Below are positions 1 through 9,711 of a stretch of DNA of 15,750 bases, in pieces. Numbering within the stretch: position 1 is the first letter of the stretch; every line of letters begins with the position of its first letter. The notes under the pieces are model-generated. The model was given only the letters and a program-made list of their open reading frames with translations, had not been told where the DNA came from and searched no databases. This DNA is from Armatimonadota bacterium (lineage in GTDB: Bacteria > Armatimonadota > Armatimonadia > Armatimonadales > Armatimonadaceae): the NCBI GenBank assembly GCA_043754515.1, contig JAYUUO010000071.1, positions 1-15,750 of the forward strand, read 5' to 3'. The position numbers and the translations under genes are program-made.

Positions 1-468
1 TCGGCGGGGTGGTGCGACGTTAACGCGTTGCTGACGGCCTGTGCGCGGAACAACATGCGGCTGACACGCGCGGATCTCGAAATCGTGGTCGTGGAGAACG
101 ACAAGCAGCGGTTCTCCTTTTCGGACGATGGCACGCGGATCCGCGCCAGTCAGGGTCATACCGTCGCGGTGGAACTGGAATACGCGCCCGTCGAGCCGCC
201 AGCGGTGCTGTACCACGGCACGGGTTCGGGGAGTGTCGGCGCGGTCTTCGCGAGCGGCTTACAGAAGATGCTACGTCACCACGTCCACCTTTCCCCTGAT
301 AAAGAGACTGCGATGCGGGTCGGGGCACGGCACGGTAAGCCGGTCGTGCTCGCGGTGGACGCGGACGCCATGCGCCGCGACGGCCACCTTTTCTACCGGA
401 GCGATAACGGCGTGTATCTGGTGGATGCCGTGCCGCCCGAGTTCCTGTCGCGCGCCGGAGACTCGTAA
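1..468 (+). CDS. kptA: RNA 2'-phosphotransferase (KptA/Tpt1 family), 5' end outside window
   Basis: Frame is open from base 1 (SAGWCDV...). Family motifs: NDKQRF, RIRASQGH, LYHGT, RHHVHLS, GARHG, NGVYL. TAA at 466-468. Confidence 0.95.
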   Translation, partial: SAGWCDVNALLTACARNNMRLTRADLEIVVVENDKQRFSFSDDGTRIRASQGHTVAVELEYAPVEPPAVLYHGTGSGSVGAVFASGLQKMLRHHVHLSPDKETAMRVGARHGKPVVLAVDADAMRRDGHLFYRSDNGVYLVDAVPPEFLSRAGDS

Positions 469-537
469 AGCCGCAATCCTCCGCGTAACGCGCCACGAAA
501 GTGGGTAAAGACTCGTCAGGAAGGATACGTATTTCTG

Positions 538-1065
538 ATGAGTCAACTGAACGAAGAGACGACCTACAAGCACGACCCCGAGGCGCAAAAGAAACTGCGC
601 GAGCTAGCGAAGAACATCAACATCGCGATGTTGACCACGATAGACGGCGACGGCACTCCACACTCGCGCCCAATGTCCACGAACGGCGAGGTCGAGTTCG
701 ATGGTGATATATGGTTTTTCACCTACGGGTCGTCCCACAAGGTACACGAGATAGAGCGCAAGCCGATGGTAAATGTCTCATTCTCCGACCCGCGCACGCA
801 AACCTATGTCTCGTTTTCCGGCACCGCCGAACTAGTGACGGATAAGGACAAGATCAAGGAACTGTTCAAGCCGGTCCTCCGAGCGTGGTTTCCGAAGGGC
901 ACCGACGAACCGGACATCGCCCTGATCAAGGTCAGCGCGACCAAAGCCGAGTACTGGGACGCGCCGAGCGGTTTCATCGCCACAACCGTCGGTCTGGTCA
1001 AGTCGCTCGCGACGGGCGAGGCATCCGCCAAAATGGGCGACCACGAGAAAGTCGCCCTGTCGTAG
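538..1065 (+). CDS. Pyridoxamine 5'-phosphate oxidase-like / general stress protein 26 family
   Basis: AMLTT, HSRPM, IWFFT, S.KV.EI, YVS.SG.A, WFP.G.D.PDIALIKV, AEYWD motifs. AAGGA Shine-Dalgarno-like sequence upstream. Confidence 0.88.
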   Translation: MSQLNEETTYKHDPEAQKKLRELAKNINIAMLTTIDGDGTPHSRPMSTNGEVEFDGDIWFFTYGSSHKVHEIERKPMVNVSFSDPRTQTYVSFSGTAELVTDKDKIKELFKPVLRAWFPKGTDEPDIALIKVSATKAEYWDAPSGFIATTVGLVKSLATGEASAKMGDHEKVALS

Positions 1066-1177
1066 AGAGTTCGTTGTCGCGGGCCGGTTAATGATGATCG
1101 GCCTTGTTCGCCCCCCTGACGCCCGCAAGACGTAGTGAAATGCCTCACACTGTGCTGGTTTGTCCCCATAAAAGGGG

Positions 1178-1185
1178 GGTATACT
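1178..1185 (+). promoter_or_regulatory. Putative -10 element (GGTATACT) for the VanW gene
   Basis: TATACT at 1180-1185 preceded by GG, the same pattern seen upstream of several other genes here. No clear -35. Confidence 0.4.
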
Positions 1186-1186
1186 G

Positions 1187-2707
1187 ATGCTTGCTGAAAC
1201 GTGGCGCGGTGCCAAAGCTGCGTTCGATGAAAGCCATCTCGCGATAAATCCTGCAAAATCTTCTCAACACTTGTCCGACTCCGCCGTGGTAGCAATTCCC
1301 GACGAGCCAACCGTCGCGCCCCGAGGGCCGAAGCCATTCCTGTACGCCGTTTTCGTTGTCGGTGGCGTCCTCGCGTCGCTGGCAGGCGTCGCCGTGGCGC
1401 GGGTCACGGAAGCCAAGCACCGCGCCGCCGTGCTGTCCACCGTATTCGCGCCAGGGGTTAAAGTCGCCGGGATCGCGCTCTCCGGTCTGTCCCGTGAACA
1501 GGGGAGCGAGAGGGCGCGTTCCTGGGCACGCGCTCAGCTTACGACGCACTACGTCGCACTGGTGACGCCCACGAGCGGGAAGCGGTTTTCCATCCCGCTC
1601 TCGCTGGTGGGCGGGCGGTACGATACGGATGCCGCTCTCGCCAAAGCCTTCGCGGTCGGAAAGGGCGAGGACACTTGGTCGCGGCTTCTGCACGGGGACA
1701 GGGCGTACGACGTTGGCATCGCCCCGGAGTTTCGCCTGGATGAGAAATTGCTCACGAAGCAGTTAACGGCGGTGGGCGCGAAGATAACCATCGCGCCTCG
1801 CAACGCCCGTGCGAAACTGGTCGGCAAGGTCTTACAACTAGCCGAACCGGAGCGTAAAGGCGTCACTCTTGACGTCCCGCAAACCCAGATCGCGTTACTT
1901 TCGGGCGGGGCCGCGGGGCTACGCGATGGTAAAGAGGTGACGATGGTGGTGTCGGAGACTACGCCGAAGATGACAGCGAGCGACTTGGGTAGCGTCAATA
2001 CTCTTCTTGCCTCTTTCACGACGTCGTTCGGCTCGTCGTCCTCGGCGCGGCAGAGTAACATCCGCAAAGCGACCGGCAGGATCAATGGCGCGTTACTCGC
2101 GCCGGGCGAAATATTCTCCTACAACGACACGGTTGGGCCGCGCTCGCTCCGGCTCGGCTGGCGCAACGCGCCGACGTACCAGGACGGGCAGGTGGTGCCG
2201 GGGCCGGGCGGTGGTATCTGCCAGACCTCGACCACGCTCTACAACGCGGTGCTACGGGCGAACCTGAAGGTAGTGGAGCGGCGGAACCATTCGATGCCAG
2301 TGCATTACGTTTCGCCCGGTTGCGATGCGACGGTGGACTACGGCTCGACCGACCTCAAGTTCCAGAACAGCACTTCGGGTCCCATTTATGTGGCGGCCTC
2401 CTCGCCGGGGGGACGGCTGACCTACAGCATCTACGGCGTCGCGGAAGCCGTGCCGGGCAAGATCGAGGTGGTGACGGGTGCGCATCATTCGAACTCTTCG
2501 GGAGGCTTTTCGGTGACTGCCTATAAGGTGATGCACGGTGCCGACGGCGAAACGACCCGCGAGTCCATCGGCACCTCCTCCTACCGCCCGATGGCACCCA
2601 AAGCGGCGCGTGTCAGGCCGCGCAAACACCGTCGCCCCCGCGCGGTGCTCCCGGTGGCACCGGTGCCAGCGTCCCTAGCCGTCACGCGGGTCACGGCACC
2701 CGGGTAG
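1187..2707 (+). CDS. VanW family protein with N-terminal membrane anchor and probable peptidoglycan-binding region; start uncertain (TTG at 1271 is possible)
   Basis: VanW motifs R..NI, L.PGEIFSYN..VGPR, GGGICQTSTTLYNA, ERRNHS.PV.Y..PG.DATV, DLKFQN. Hydrophobic segment FLYAVFVVGGVLASLAGVAVA. Basic, Pro/Ala/Val-rich C-terminal tail. Confidence 0.9.
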   Translation: MLAETWRGAKAAFDESHLAINPAKSSQHLSDSAVVAIPDEPTVAPRGPKPFLYAVFVVGGVLASLAGVAVARVTEAKHRAAVLSTVFAPGVKVAGIALSGLSREQGSERARSWARAQLTTHYVALVTPTSGKRFSIPLSLVGGRYDTDAALAKAFAVGKGEDTWSRLLHGDRAYDVGIAPEFRLDEKLLTKQLTAVGAKITIAPRNARAKLVGKVLQLAEPERKGVTLDVPQTQIALLSGGAAGLRDGKEVTMVVSETTPKMTASDLGSVNTLLASFTTSFGSSSSARQSNIRKATGRINGALLAPGEIFSYNDTVGPRSLRLGWRNAPTYQDGQVVPGPGGGICQTSTTLYNAVLRANLKVVERRNHSMPVHYVSPGCDATVDYGSTDLKFQNSTSGPIYVAASSPGGRLTYSIYGVAEAVPGKIEVVTGAHHSNSSGGFSVTAYKVMHGADGETTRESIGTSSYRPMAPKAARVRPRKHRRPRAVLPVAPVPASLAVTRVTAPG

Positions 2708-2752
2708 CAACTAGCTGTGCCCGAATCCCCAGACAGGTGTCTGCATCCGCTT

Positions 2753-3556
2753 TCAGAACAGGCTCAACTGTTTCTGTCCGGGCGGCGTCGGGTTCGGCAG
2801 TCCGAGTGCCGCGCGTAGATCGGCGATAGTCGCGGGCGCGTGTCCCTCGAAGAAGTTGCGTACGAACAGGTAGATCGGCTCCGGCGACTCCCGGCGCGCC
2901 CTATCTATTCGCCCCGCCCACTCCGCGACTTCCGCCGAACGGTCGAACTGACGCTCGTCGAAGCGGGCGACGCTGTTTTCCGTGCCGAGGAGCCGGATGT
3001 ATCGAAGGGGACCACCGAGATCGGTACGCTCCGTGGTCGCGGCAACTATATTGCGTTCTGCCAGGTAGACAGCGATGTTCGTTTCCTGCCAGGACGCGTG
3101 TCGCAGTTCGACGACCCAGGGCAAACCGCCGACCCCCGAGCGCGGGGCGGCGAGTATATCCGCGAACGCCGCGAGGGTGTCCTGCTCGCTCGCGGTGAAA
3201 TCGGGGGGCAGTTGCAGGAGCAGGGCACCGCAACGCGCTTCCATTCCTTTCGCGATCAGTTTCCCGAAGTCAATCGCGATGTCGGAAGTGCCCCCGAGTA
3301 GCCGACGCTCATGGGTGACGGCGCGGGGGACCTTGAACGAGAACCTGAAGTCTTCCGGTGTCTGCGCGCGCCAACCCTGGAGCGTGGACGGTTTGGGGAA
3401 GCCATAGAACGTCGCGTCAACCTCGACGGCTGTCATAACGGTCGCTAACTGCTCCAGCATCTTGGTCTGCGGCAGGTTCGCCTCGTAGAACGGCCCGCGC
3501 CAGTCGTCGTAGACCCAACTCATCGTACCGGTGTACACCGTGGCGATCTGACTCAT
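2753..3556 (-). CDS. DUF72 domain protein (YecE-like) with C-terminal QLSLF
   Basis: GT.SW.Y.DW.G.FY, VEVDATFY..P, W...TPEDFRFSFKVPR..TH, LLLQLPP, VELRH.SW, YIRL, N..EGHAP motifs. Start overlaps the upstream stop (ATGA, 3553-3556). Confidence 0.92.
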   Translation of the reverse strand: MSQIATVYTGTMSWVYDDWRGPFYEANLPQTKMLEQLATVMTAVEVDATFYGFPKPSTLQGWRAQTPEDFRFSFKVPRAVTHERRLLGGTSDIAIDFGKLIAKGMEARCGALLLQLPPDFTASEQDTLAAFADILAAPRSGVGGLPWVVELRHASWQETNIAVYLAERNIVAATTERTDLGGPLRYIRLLGTENSVARFDERQFDRSAEVAEWAGRIDRARRESPEPIYLFVRNFFEGHAPATIADLRAALGLPNPTPPGQKQLSLF

Positions 3557-4545
3557 TTGTCGGGGTTCATCGCCTCGGGGGGGAAGCGCACCACCGAATA
3601 CGGCGGCACCGTATTCTGCATGGTGTCCGGGTGCAGTATCGTTGCAAGCAGTTCGGCGGTTTCGGCGAGGCGGGGGCCGGGGCGGTTCAGGTAGGCGTTG
3701 CCGTCAATCGCGTAGCAGTCCCCGCTCCGCACGGCGGGCAGTTCGTACCAGCCCGGCAAGTCACTCAAGGTGGTAGACTCCCAGGCACCGCGCTCGGCGT
3801 CGAAGCCGCATGCGGCGAGGATGATGATCTCGGGATCGAAGCGCAACACGTCGTCCCATGGGATCACGCGCGAAGGCTCGCCGCGCTTATCAAACGGCGC
3901 GGGCACCGCGTTAACCAGGGTGAGTAGTTCCGGCGACCAGTGCCCGGCGCAGAAAAGCGGCTCCGGCCATTCCAGTAGCAGTGTTCGCGGGCGGTTGGGT
4001 GACGTGGCGGTTTCGAGTTTCACCGCCTCGAAGCGGGCGATCATCTCCCCGACCACTTCTCCTGCCTCCGCGTCGCGCCCTGTCGCCGCGCCGACCTGCC
4101 GGATGGCGTCCAGCACGCCCGAGAGCGTGGTCGGGGAAAGGTCGAGCACTGTAACGGAGCCGCCGAGTTCGGCGACTGCCTTCGCGGTGGCCTGGTGACT
4201 CGCCGCGCAGACGTCGCACAAGCCCTGCGTCAGGATCAGATCCGGCTTCAGATTCGCTATCCTCGCGATGTCGATGTGGTACAGGCCCTCTCCGGACGCG
4301 ACTGCGGCCCGAACCGCGTCGTCAATCTCTTTCGCGGAAGGCGGCACTTCGTACGGGTCGCCATCCTCGTCGAGTACCGTCTGCGGCGGGGGCAGTATCG
4401 TCTGCCGCGTGACGACGGGCAGTTCCTTTACCGTGAGCGGGAAATCACACGCGTGCGAGACCGCTACTAAATTCTCTTCCAGACCGAGTGCACAGACGAT
4501 CTCCGTCGCGAACGGCACTAACGAAACGATGCGTTGGGTAGACAT
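3553..4545 (-). CDS. BtuF-like cobalamin/iron-complex binding protein (periplasmic-binding-protein 2 fold), no signal peptide
   Basis: RIVSLVP.ATEIVCALG, VSHACDFP, LKPDLILTQ.LCDVCA, LEW.EP....GHW.PEL, DPEIIILA.CGF, LPAVR.G, DGNAYLNRPGPRL. Confidence 0.85.
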   Translation of the reverse strand: MSTQRIVSLVPFATEIVCALGLEENLVAVSHACDFPLTVKELPVVTRQTILPPPQTVLDEDGDPYEVPPSAKEIDDAVRAAVASGEGLYHIDIARIANLKPDLILTQGLCDVCAASHQATAKAVAELGGSVTVLDLSPTTLSGVLDAIRQVGAATGRDAEAGEVVGEMIARFEAVKLETATSPNRPRTLLLEWPEPLFCAGHWSPELLTLVNAVPAPFDKRGEPSRVIPWDDVLRFDPEIIILAACGFDAERGAWESTTLSDLPGWYELPAVRSGDCYAIDGNAYLNRPGPRLAETAELLATILHPDTMQNTVPPYSVVRFPPEAMNPDK

Positions 4546-4553
4546 GACGCACT

Positions 4554-4561
4554 AGTATACC
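4554..4561 (-). promoter_or_regulatory. Putative -10 element (GGTATACT) 8 nt upstream of the BtuF-like ATG
   Basis: Minus strand reads GGTATACT-agtgcgtc-ATG. The 21-bp intergenic gap has no clear Shine-Dalgarno. Confidence 0.5.
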
Positions 4562-4566
4562 GCCCG

Positions 4567-5262
4567 TCAGCGTCGCGCCATCATCGCATCCCCGACATAG
4601 CGGATCGCGTCCATCGGGTTCTGCTCCGCGACAGGGAGTTCGCCGACGAACATGGCCCGCGCCACGGGCCTCGCGTGGCCATCCACCCAGACGAAGTTCG
4701 CGGCCCGTTGGTGTCGGAACTCGATCGTGGGGGCGGGGAGCCAGTCAGACGGCGGCTCGATGGAGATGGTCTCGCCGGTCTGGCCCGGTATCGGGAAGTC
4801 GGGTATCCCCGCGTCGCCGAAAAGAACGGTCCGCGCGGGCGCGGAAAGATCCGCGAGCGGTGCGGACGCGGGCGTGTAGGTCCCGCCCACGAACATCAGG
4901 CGGCGGTTAATGCCGTAGCCGGTGCCGCCGAGGTTGTCACCCCCGGTGAAGGAGGGGCAACGATGTATCTCGCCGGATTTCAGGTACGGGTAGATCAGTC
5001 CGCGCGTCTTGTCGAGCTTCTGTCCCGGCGCGTCGCGCCCGCCGCACCAGTAGCGGAGCGTATTATACTGGTATAAGGGAAGCGTTTCGTCGTAATCCTG
5101 CGCATAGAGTAGGGACGCGGTGCCGATCTGTTTCAGGTTCGACAGACACACCGTAGCCCGCGCCTTCCCCCGCGCCTGCGCGAAGACGGGGAACAACATC
5201 GCGGCGAGCACGGCGATTATCGCGAGGACGACGAGCAGTTCGAGTAGCGTGAACGCTCTCAT
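4567..5262 (-). CDS. Prepilin-type N-terminal cleavage/methylation protein, DUF1559-like, with C-terminal H-X9-DG motif
   Basis: [31 protein letters not shown] (class III signal, E5), CLSNLKQIG....YAQDYDE.LP, and [14 protein letters not shown] (H-X9-DG). ATG 5262 is preferred to the ORF-track start 5316, which lies inside the riboswitch. GAAAGG lies 9 nt upstream of 5262. Confidence 0.93.
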   Translation of the reverse strand: MRAFTLLELLVVLAIIAVLAAMLFPVFAQARGKARATVCLSNLKQIGTASLLYAQDYDETLPLYQYNTLRYWCGGRDAPGQKLDKTRGLIYPYLKSGEIHRCPSFTGGDNLGGTGYGINRRLMFVGGTYTPASAPLADLSAPARTVLFGDAGIPDFPIPGQTGETISIEPPSDWLPAPTIEFRHQRAANFVWVDGHARPVARAMFVGELPVAEQNPMDAIRYVGDAMMARR

Positions 5263-5276
5263 GGACAGTAGCCTTT

Positions 5277-5409
5277 CCCCGGTTTCGCGCCGGAGGGGCA
5301 TAGTTTCTTTCCCCACGGCATTCGGACTTCAGGCGAACCTGTTACCGTTGCGCGACAGTGCCGGACTTACACCGGACTTCCCCGTTGGCGAAAAAAGCGT
5401 TATGCAGTT
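5277..5409 (-). promoter_or_regulatory. Cobalamin (B12) riboswitch, compact class-II-like architecture
   Basis: Minus strand: CCAACGG-GGAAGT-CCGG TGTAAGT CCGG (P4/T-loop)-CA-CTGT CGCGCA ACGG (P5)-TAA-CAGG TTCG CCTG (short hairpin)-AAGTCCGAATG-CCGTGG (closes P3). Downstream hairpin CTCCGG CGCGAAA CCGGGG (5295-5277) has a loop complementary to L5 and abuts the SD. Confidence 0.9.
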
Positions 5410-5415
5410 TTGAAC

Positions 5416-5421
5416 AGAGTA
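5416..5421 (-). promoter_or_regulatory. Putative -10 (TACTCT) for the riboswitch transcript
   Basis: TANNNT hexamer about 6 nt upstream of AACTGCATA, which would be the transcript 5' end near 5409. Confidence 0.35.
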
Positions 5422-5563
5422 ACGACGCGTCGGAAGATTCGCGACCGTTCGTTATGACTTACTGAGGGTAGCACGGGGCACGGTCTTTGTCAACCGCACC
5501 GTCACGCGCCGCCGAGTCGGTGCGTCCGGGTCAACATGCCTCCCGTGTTTCGGCGGCGATTCG

Positions 5564-5571
5564 GGTACACT
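5564..5571 (+). promoter_or_regulatory. Putative -10 (GGTACACT) for gnd-zwf
   Basis: TACACT at 5566-5571, then a short leader with SD GGAGGG (5591-5596) before TTG 5603. Confidence 0.45.
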
Positions 5572-5602
5572 GTCGCCGTAACGACTTCTCGGAGGGACGA
5601 CT

Positions 5603-6565
5603 TTGGAAATCAGCTTTATCGGGCTAGGGCGGATGGGCGGCAATATGGCGGTTCGGCTAACGGAGAGTGGTCACACGGTGTATGGCGCGGACCCGTCGCC
5701 GCAAACGCGTGAACTGGTGCAGGGGCAGGGTATCGCCGCGACCGTAGCCAAAGCGGGGGAACTCGCCGCTCTGTACAAGGGTACGCCGCGCATCTTCTGG
5801 CTGATGGTGCCCGCCGGGCCGATCACGGACAGTGCTATCTCCGAAATAGCGGCTACCACCTCAGCCGGGGACATCATCGTGGACGGGGGCAACGCCAACT
5901 ACAAGGACACCATTCGCCGCGCAAAGGAACTCGAATCGAAAGGCGTCCACTACGTGGACTGCGGCACTTCGGGCGGCGTCTGGGGGCTGAAGAACGGCTA
6001 CTGCCTGATGGTTGGCGCGAATGACACGGCCTTCGCCGCCGTCGAGCCGATCCTCAAAGACCTCGCGACCGAAGGCGGATACGCCCACGTCGGGCCGGTC
6101 GGCGCGGGTCATTACACGAAAATGGTGCATAACGGCATCGAGTATGGACTTTTGCAGGCGTATGCGGAAGGGTTCGAGCTACTCCACAGTGCGAAGGAGT
6201 TCAATCTGGATCTTTCCAAGATCACCGCCCTCTGGAACAAAGGGTCGGTGGTTCGCTCCTGGCTCCTGGAGCTTGCCGAGCGAGCGTTCGGCGAAGAGGG
6301 GCAGGAGTTCGAGGGCGTCGCGGACGACATTGCCGATAACGGAACCGGACGCTGGACGGTGGAAGAGTCGGTCGAGCGGGCGGTTCCGCTCCCGGTGATC
6401 ACGCTCGCGTTGCAGATGCGGTTCCGCTCCCGGCAGGACGAGTCGTACCAGGGGCAGTTCATCTCCGTCATACGCAACCAGTTCGGCGGGCACGTGATCA
6501 CCGCGATGCACAAGGACGCCGAGAATCCCGGCTCGGTTCCAGCGGGTGGGAAGAAGGATATTTAA
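5603..6565 (+). CDS. gnd: 6-phosphogluconate dehydrogenase, decarboxylating, short-chain (YqeC-like, probably NAD+-dependent)
   Basis: GLGRMG.NM, WLMVPAG, IVDGGN, DCGTSGGVWGL.NGYCLMVG, GAGHYTKMVHNGIEYG, W..GSVVRSWLLEL, RNQFGGH. 320 aa short form; TTG start with strong SD. Confidence 0.95.
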   Translation: MEISFIGLGRMGGNMAVRLTESGHTVYGADPSPQTRELVQGQGIAATVAKAGELAALYKGTPRIFWLMVPAGPITDSAISEIAATTSAGDIIVDGGNANYKDTIRRAKELESKGVHYVDCGTSGGVWGLKNGYCLMVGANDTAFAAVEPILKDLATEGGYAHVGPVGAGHYTKMVHNGIEYGLLQAYAEGFELLHSAKEFNLDLSKITALWNKGSVVRSWLLELAERAFGEEGQEFEGVADDIADNGTGRWTVEESVERAVPLPVITLALQMRFRSRQDESYQGQFISVIRNQFGGHVITAMHKDAENPGSVPAGGKKDI

Positions 6566-6574
6566 GGAACCCCA

Positions 6575-8065
<1,491 letters not shown>

Positions 8066-8158
8066 CGTGGCTATGCCAAAATCGATTCAGAACACACCTG
8101 CTCCGCGCAAGTGCTCGGGTGCGTGCATCTCGCGAACCGGGATCGCTGGCGAAACGCC

Positions 8159-8698
8159 GTGACCAGAGAGCAGTTCTGGAGCGTGATCGAGTCTTCGCGC
8201 ACGGGATTGGTAGTTGGTCGGACAGTGGAGGAGACGCAGGAGCAACAAGCGGAGCAACTACATGCCGCCCTTTCGCCGCTTTTGCCGGAGGAGGTCCAGC
8301 GTTTCGATCAGCACTTCAGCAAGTTCCTCACCGACGCGGACCGCTGGGATTTGTGGGGCGTCGCCTACCTCATCAACGGCGGATGCTCCGACGACGGCTT
8401 TGCTTATTTTCGCCGCTGGCTGGTCGCGCGTGGCGAGGCCGATTACACGGTGGCCTTGCGCGATCCCGATAGTCTGGTCAGTACCCTACCCGAAGGTTGG
8501 GATGACGATGCCGACTTCGAGGAGATCAAATATGTCGCGGGTGACGTATATCTAGAGAAGACCGGGATCGAACTCGCCGATGTCCCGCTACTACCCGATC
8601 TCGCCAGCGACGAGGGACGCGGAGAGACGAAAGGCGAGCCGTGGACGGAGGACGATCTCCCGACACTACTGCCCCGCATCTGGGCGCGGTTCGGTTGA
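8159..8698 (+). CDS. DUF4240 domain-containing protein
   Basis: MTREQFW.VIE, L..L.PEEV..F, WDLWGVAYLINGGCSDDGF.YFR.WLVARG, PDSL, C-terminal LPRIWARF. GTG 8159 gives the family-typical N-terminus. Confidence 0.85.
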   Translation: MTREQFWSVIESSRTGLVVGRTVEETQEQQAEQLHAALSPLLPEEVQRFDQHFSKFLTDADRWDLWGVAYLINGGCSDDGFAYFRRWLVARGEADYTVALRDPDSLVSTLPEGWDDDADFEEIKYVAGDVYLEKTGIELADVPLLPDLASDEGRGETKGEPWTEDDLPTLLPRIWARFG

Positions 8699-8831
8699 AG
8701 CCCCGACCGCGCTCAATCGCTCGGGTGCTGAGTGACCGCGCGCGTCACAACTGTTGTTTTGGCCTCTACCCGCCGATGGGGACACATCAGGAAATGGGAA
8801 AAATATGAGTGCCGTAAATCGGTGTAGAAAT

Positions 8832-9431
8832 GTGCCCAAAAAGAAAAAGAACTACTCGTCTCTGTCGCTGATGGACGCGATGCGCCTCGTCCCGGCGGAG
8901 GAGTTCACGCCGTGGGATTTCGCGCCCGCGCCCCGCGCCTCCAGTGCGTTTCTGCCGGAAGCATTTCGCCGCCTTCAGGGGTTTGACACGGAGACCGCGG
9001 AGCAAGCTAAAACTCTGATAATGGACGCGCTCGTCGCCGAGGTCGTGTCCGAGTTCCCCCGGCTGAAGGTCTGGAAAGCGGCCCCCCTCGAAACCGACAC
9101 GCTGACCGGGATCGCGGGCTACCTCATCACCCCGCGCTACGCTTACGTGGCGACCCCGCTCCTGTGTGTCACGGAGGCGAAGAAGGGTGACTCCCTACAG
9201 GGACAGGCGCAGCGCGTAGGCGAGATGCTGACTTGCCGGGAGAACAACACGTAAGACGCGTTCGTCCATGATGTTTGGGGAATTGTGAGCAACGGGCAGT
9301 CGTGGCAGTTTTACAAACTCACCGCGTCGGATGTCGTCTACGAATCCAGGCAGTTCTCCGTGGAACAGTCGCCAGAATTAATCGGCGCGCTTTACTTGCT
9401 GTGCGAGGAGTGCGCGGGTGCCGCGCGATGA
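8832..9431 (+). pseudogene. PD-(D/E)XK-like (type I restriction R N-terminal-like) uncharacterised protein, interrupted by in-frame TAA at 9252-9254
   Basis: The frame continues after TAA as DAFVHDVWGIVSNGQSWQFYKLT...ELIGALY to TGA 9429-9431, completing the expected G.VSNG..W.F motif after LL.VTEAKK...QG.AQ...EM. Start uncertain (8805 or 8832). Confidence 0.75.
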
Positions 9432-9638
9432 CCTGCGTGCCGACTCCCTGCGTGGGTTGACAGGCATCCGATATCGGGCTGGCAACCCGATGGCAGTGCG
9501 CTTAACATGACGCCTCTACTTTCATGTTTACAGACGTTGCCGTGCCGGAGGCGGGAACTATCGTCCTCTCGCTTAACGCATCCGGCGTGCTCGTTGCTGT
9601 CGTAGCGACGGCAAAGCCCAACAGGGCCGGTGCGTTTT

Positions 9639-9668
9639 CTGACACCGCGAATCACGACACGATATAAT
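9639..9668 (+). promoter_or_regulatory. Putative sigma70 promoter for the TA operon
   Basis: CTGACA (9639-9644), 18-bp spacer, TATAAT (9663-9668). Confidence 0.5.
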
Positions 9669-9711
9669 TCAAGCGACGGCAAGAAGAAGCACCACGAGTC
9701 CCGACACTCCT

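Noticed and set aside
1066..1270. Possible c-di-AMP (ydaO) riboswitch upstream of the VanW gene
   Set aside because: None of the conserved ydaO sequence blocks could be found; only a small CCCC-ATAAAA-GGGG hairpin is present.
2730..2743. Hairpin CAGAC-AGGT-GTCTG between convergent VanW and DUF72 genes as a terminator
   Set aside because: Only a 5-bp stem and no adjacent U-tract on either strand.
5263..5316. ORF-track N-terminal extension of the prepilin gene (MGKETMPL...)
   Set aside because: It overlaps the riboswitch P3 and P13 elements. ATG 5262 has an SD and gives a typical short prepilin leader.
9606..9640. GACGGCAAAGCCC resembling part of a c-di-GMP-I riboswitch
   Set aside because: The GNRA-capped P2 and the P3 receptor architecture are absent.
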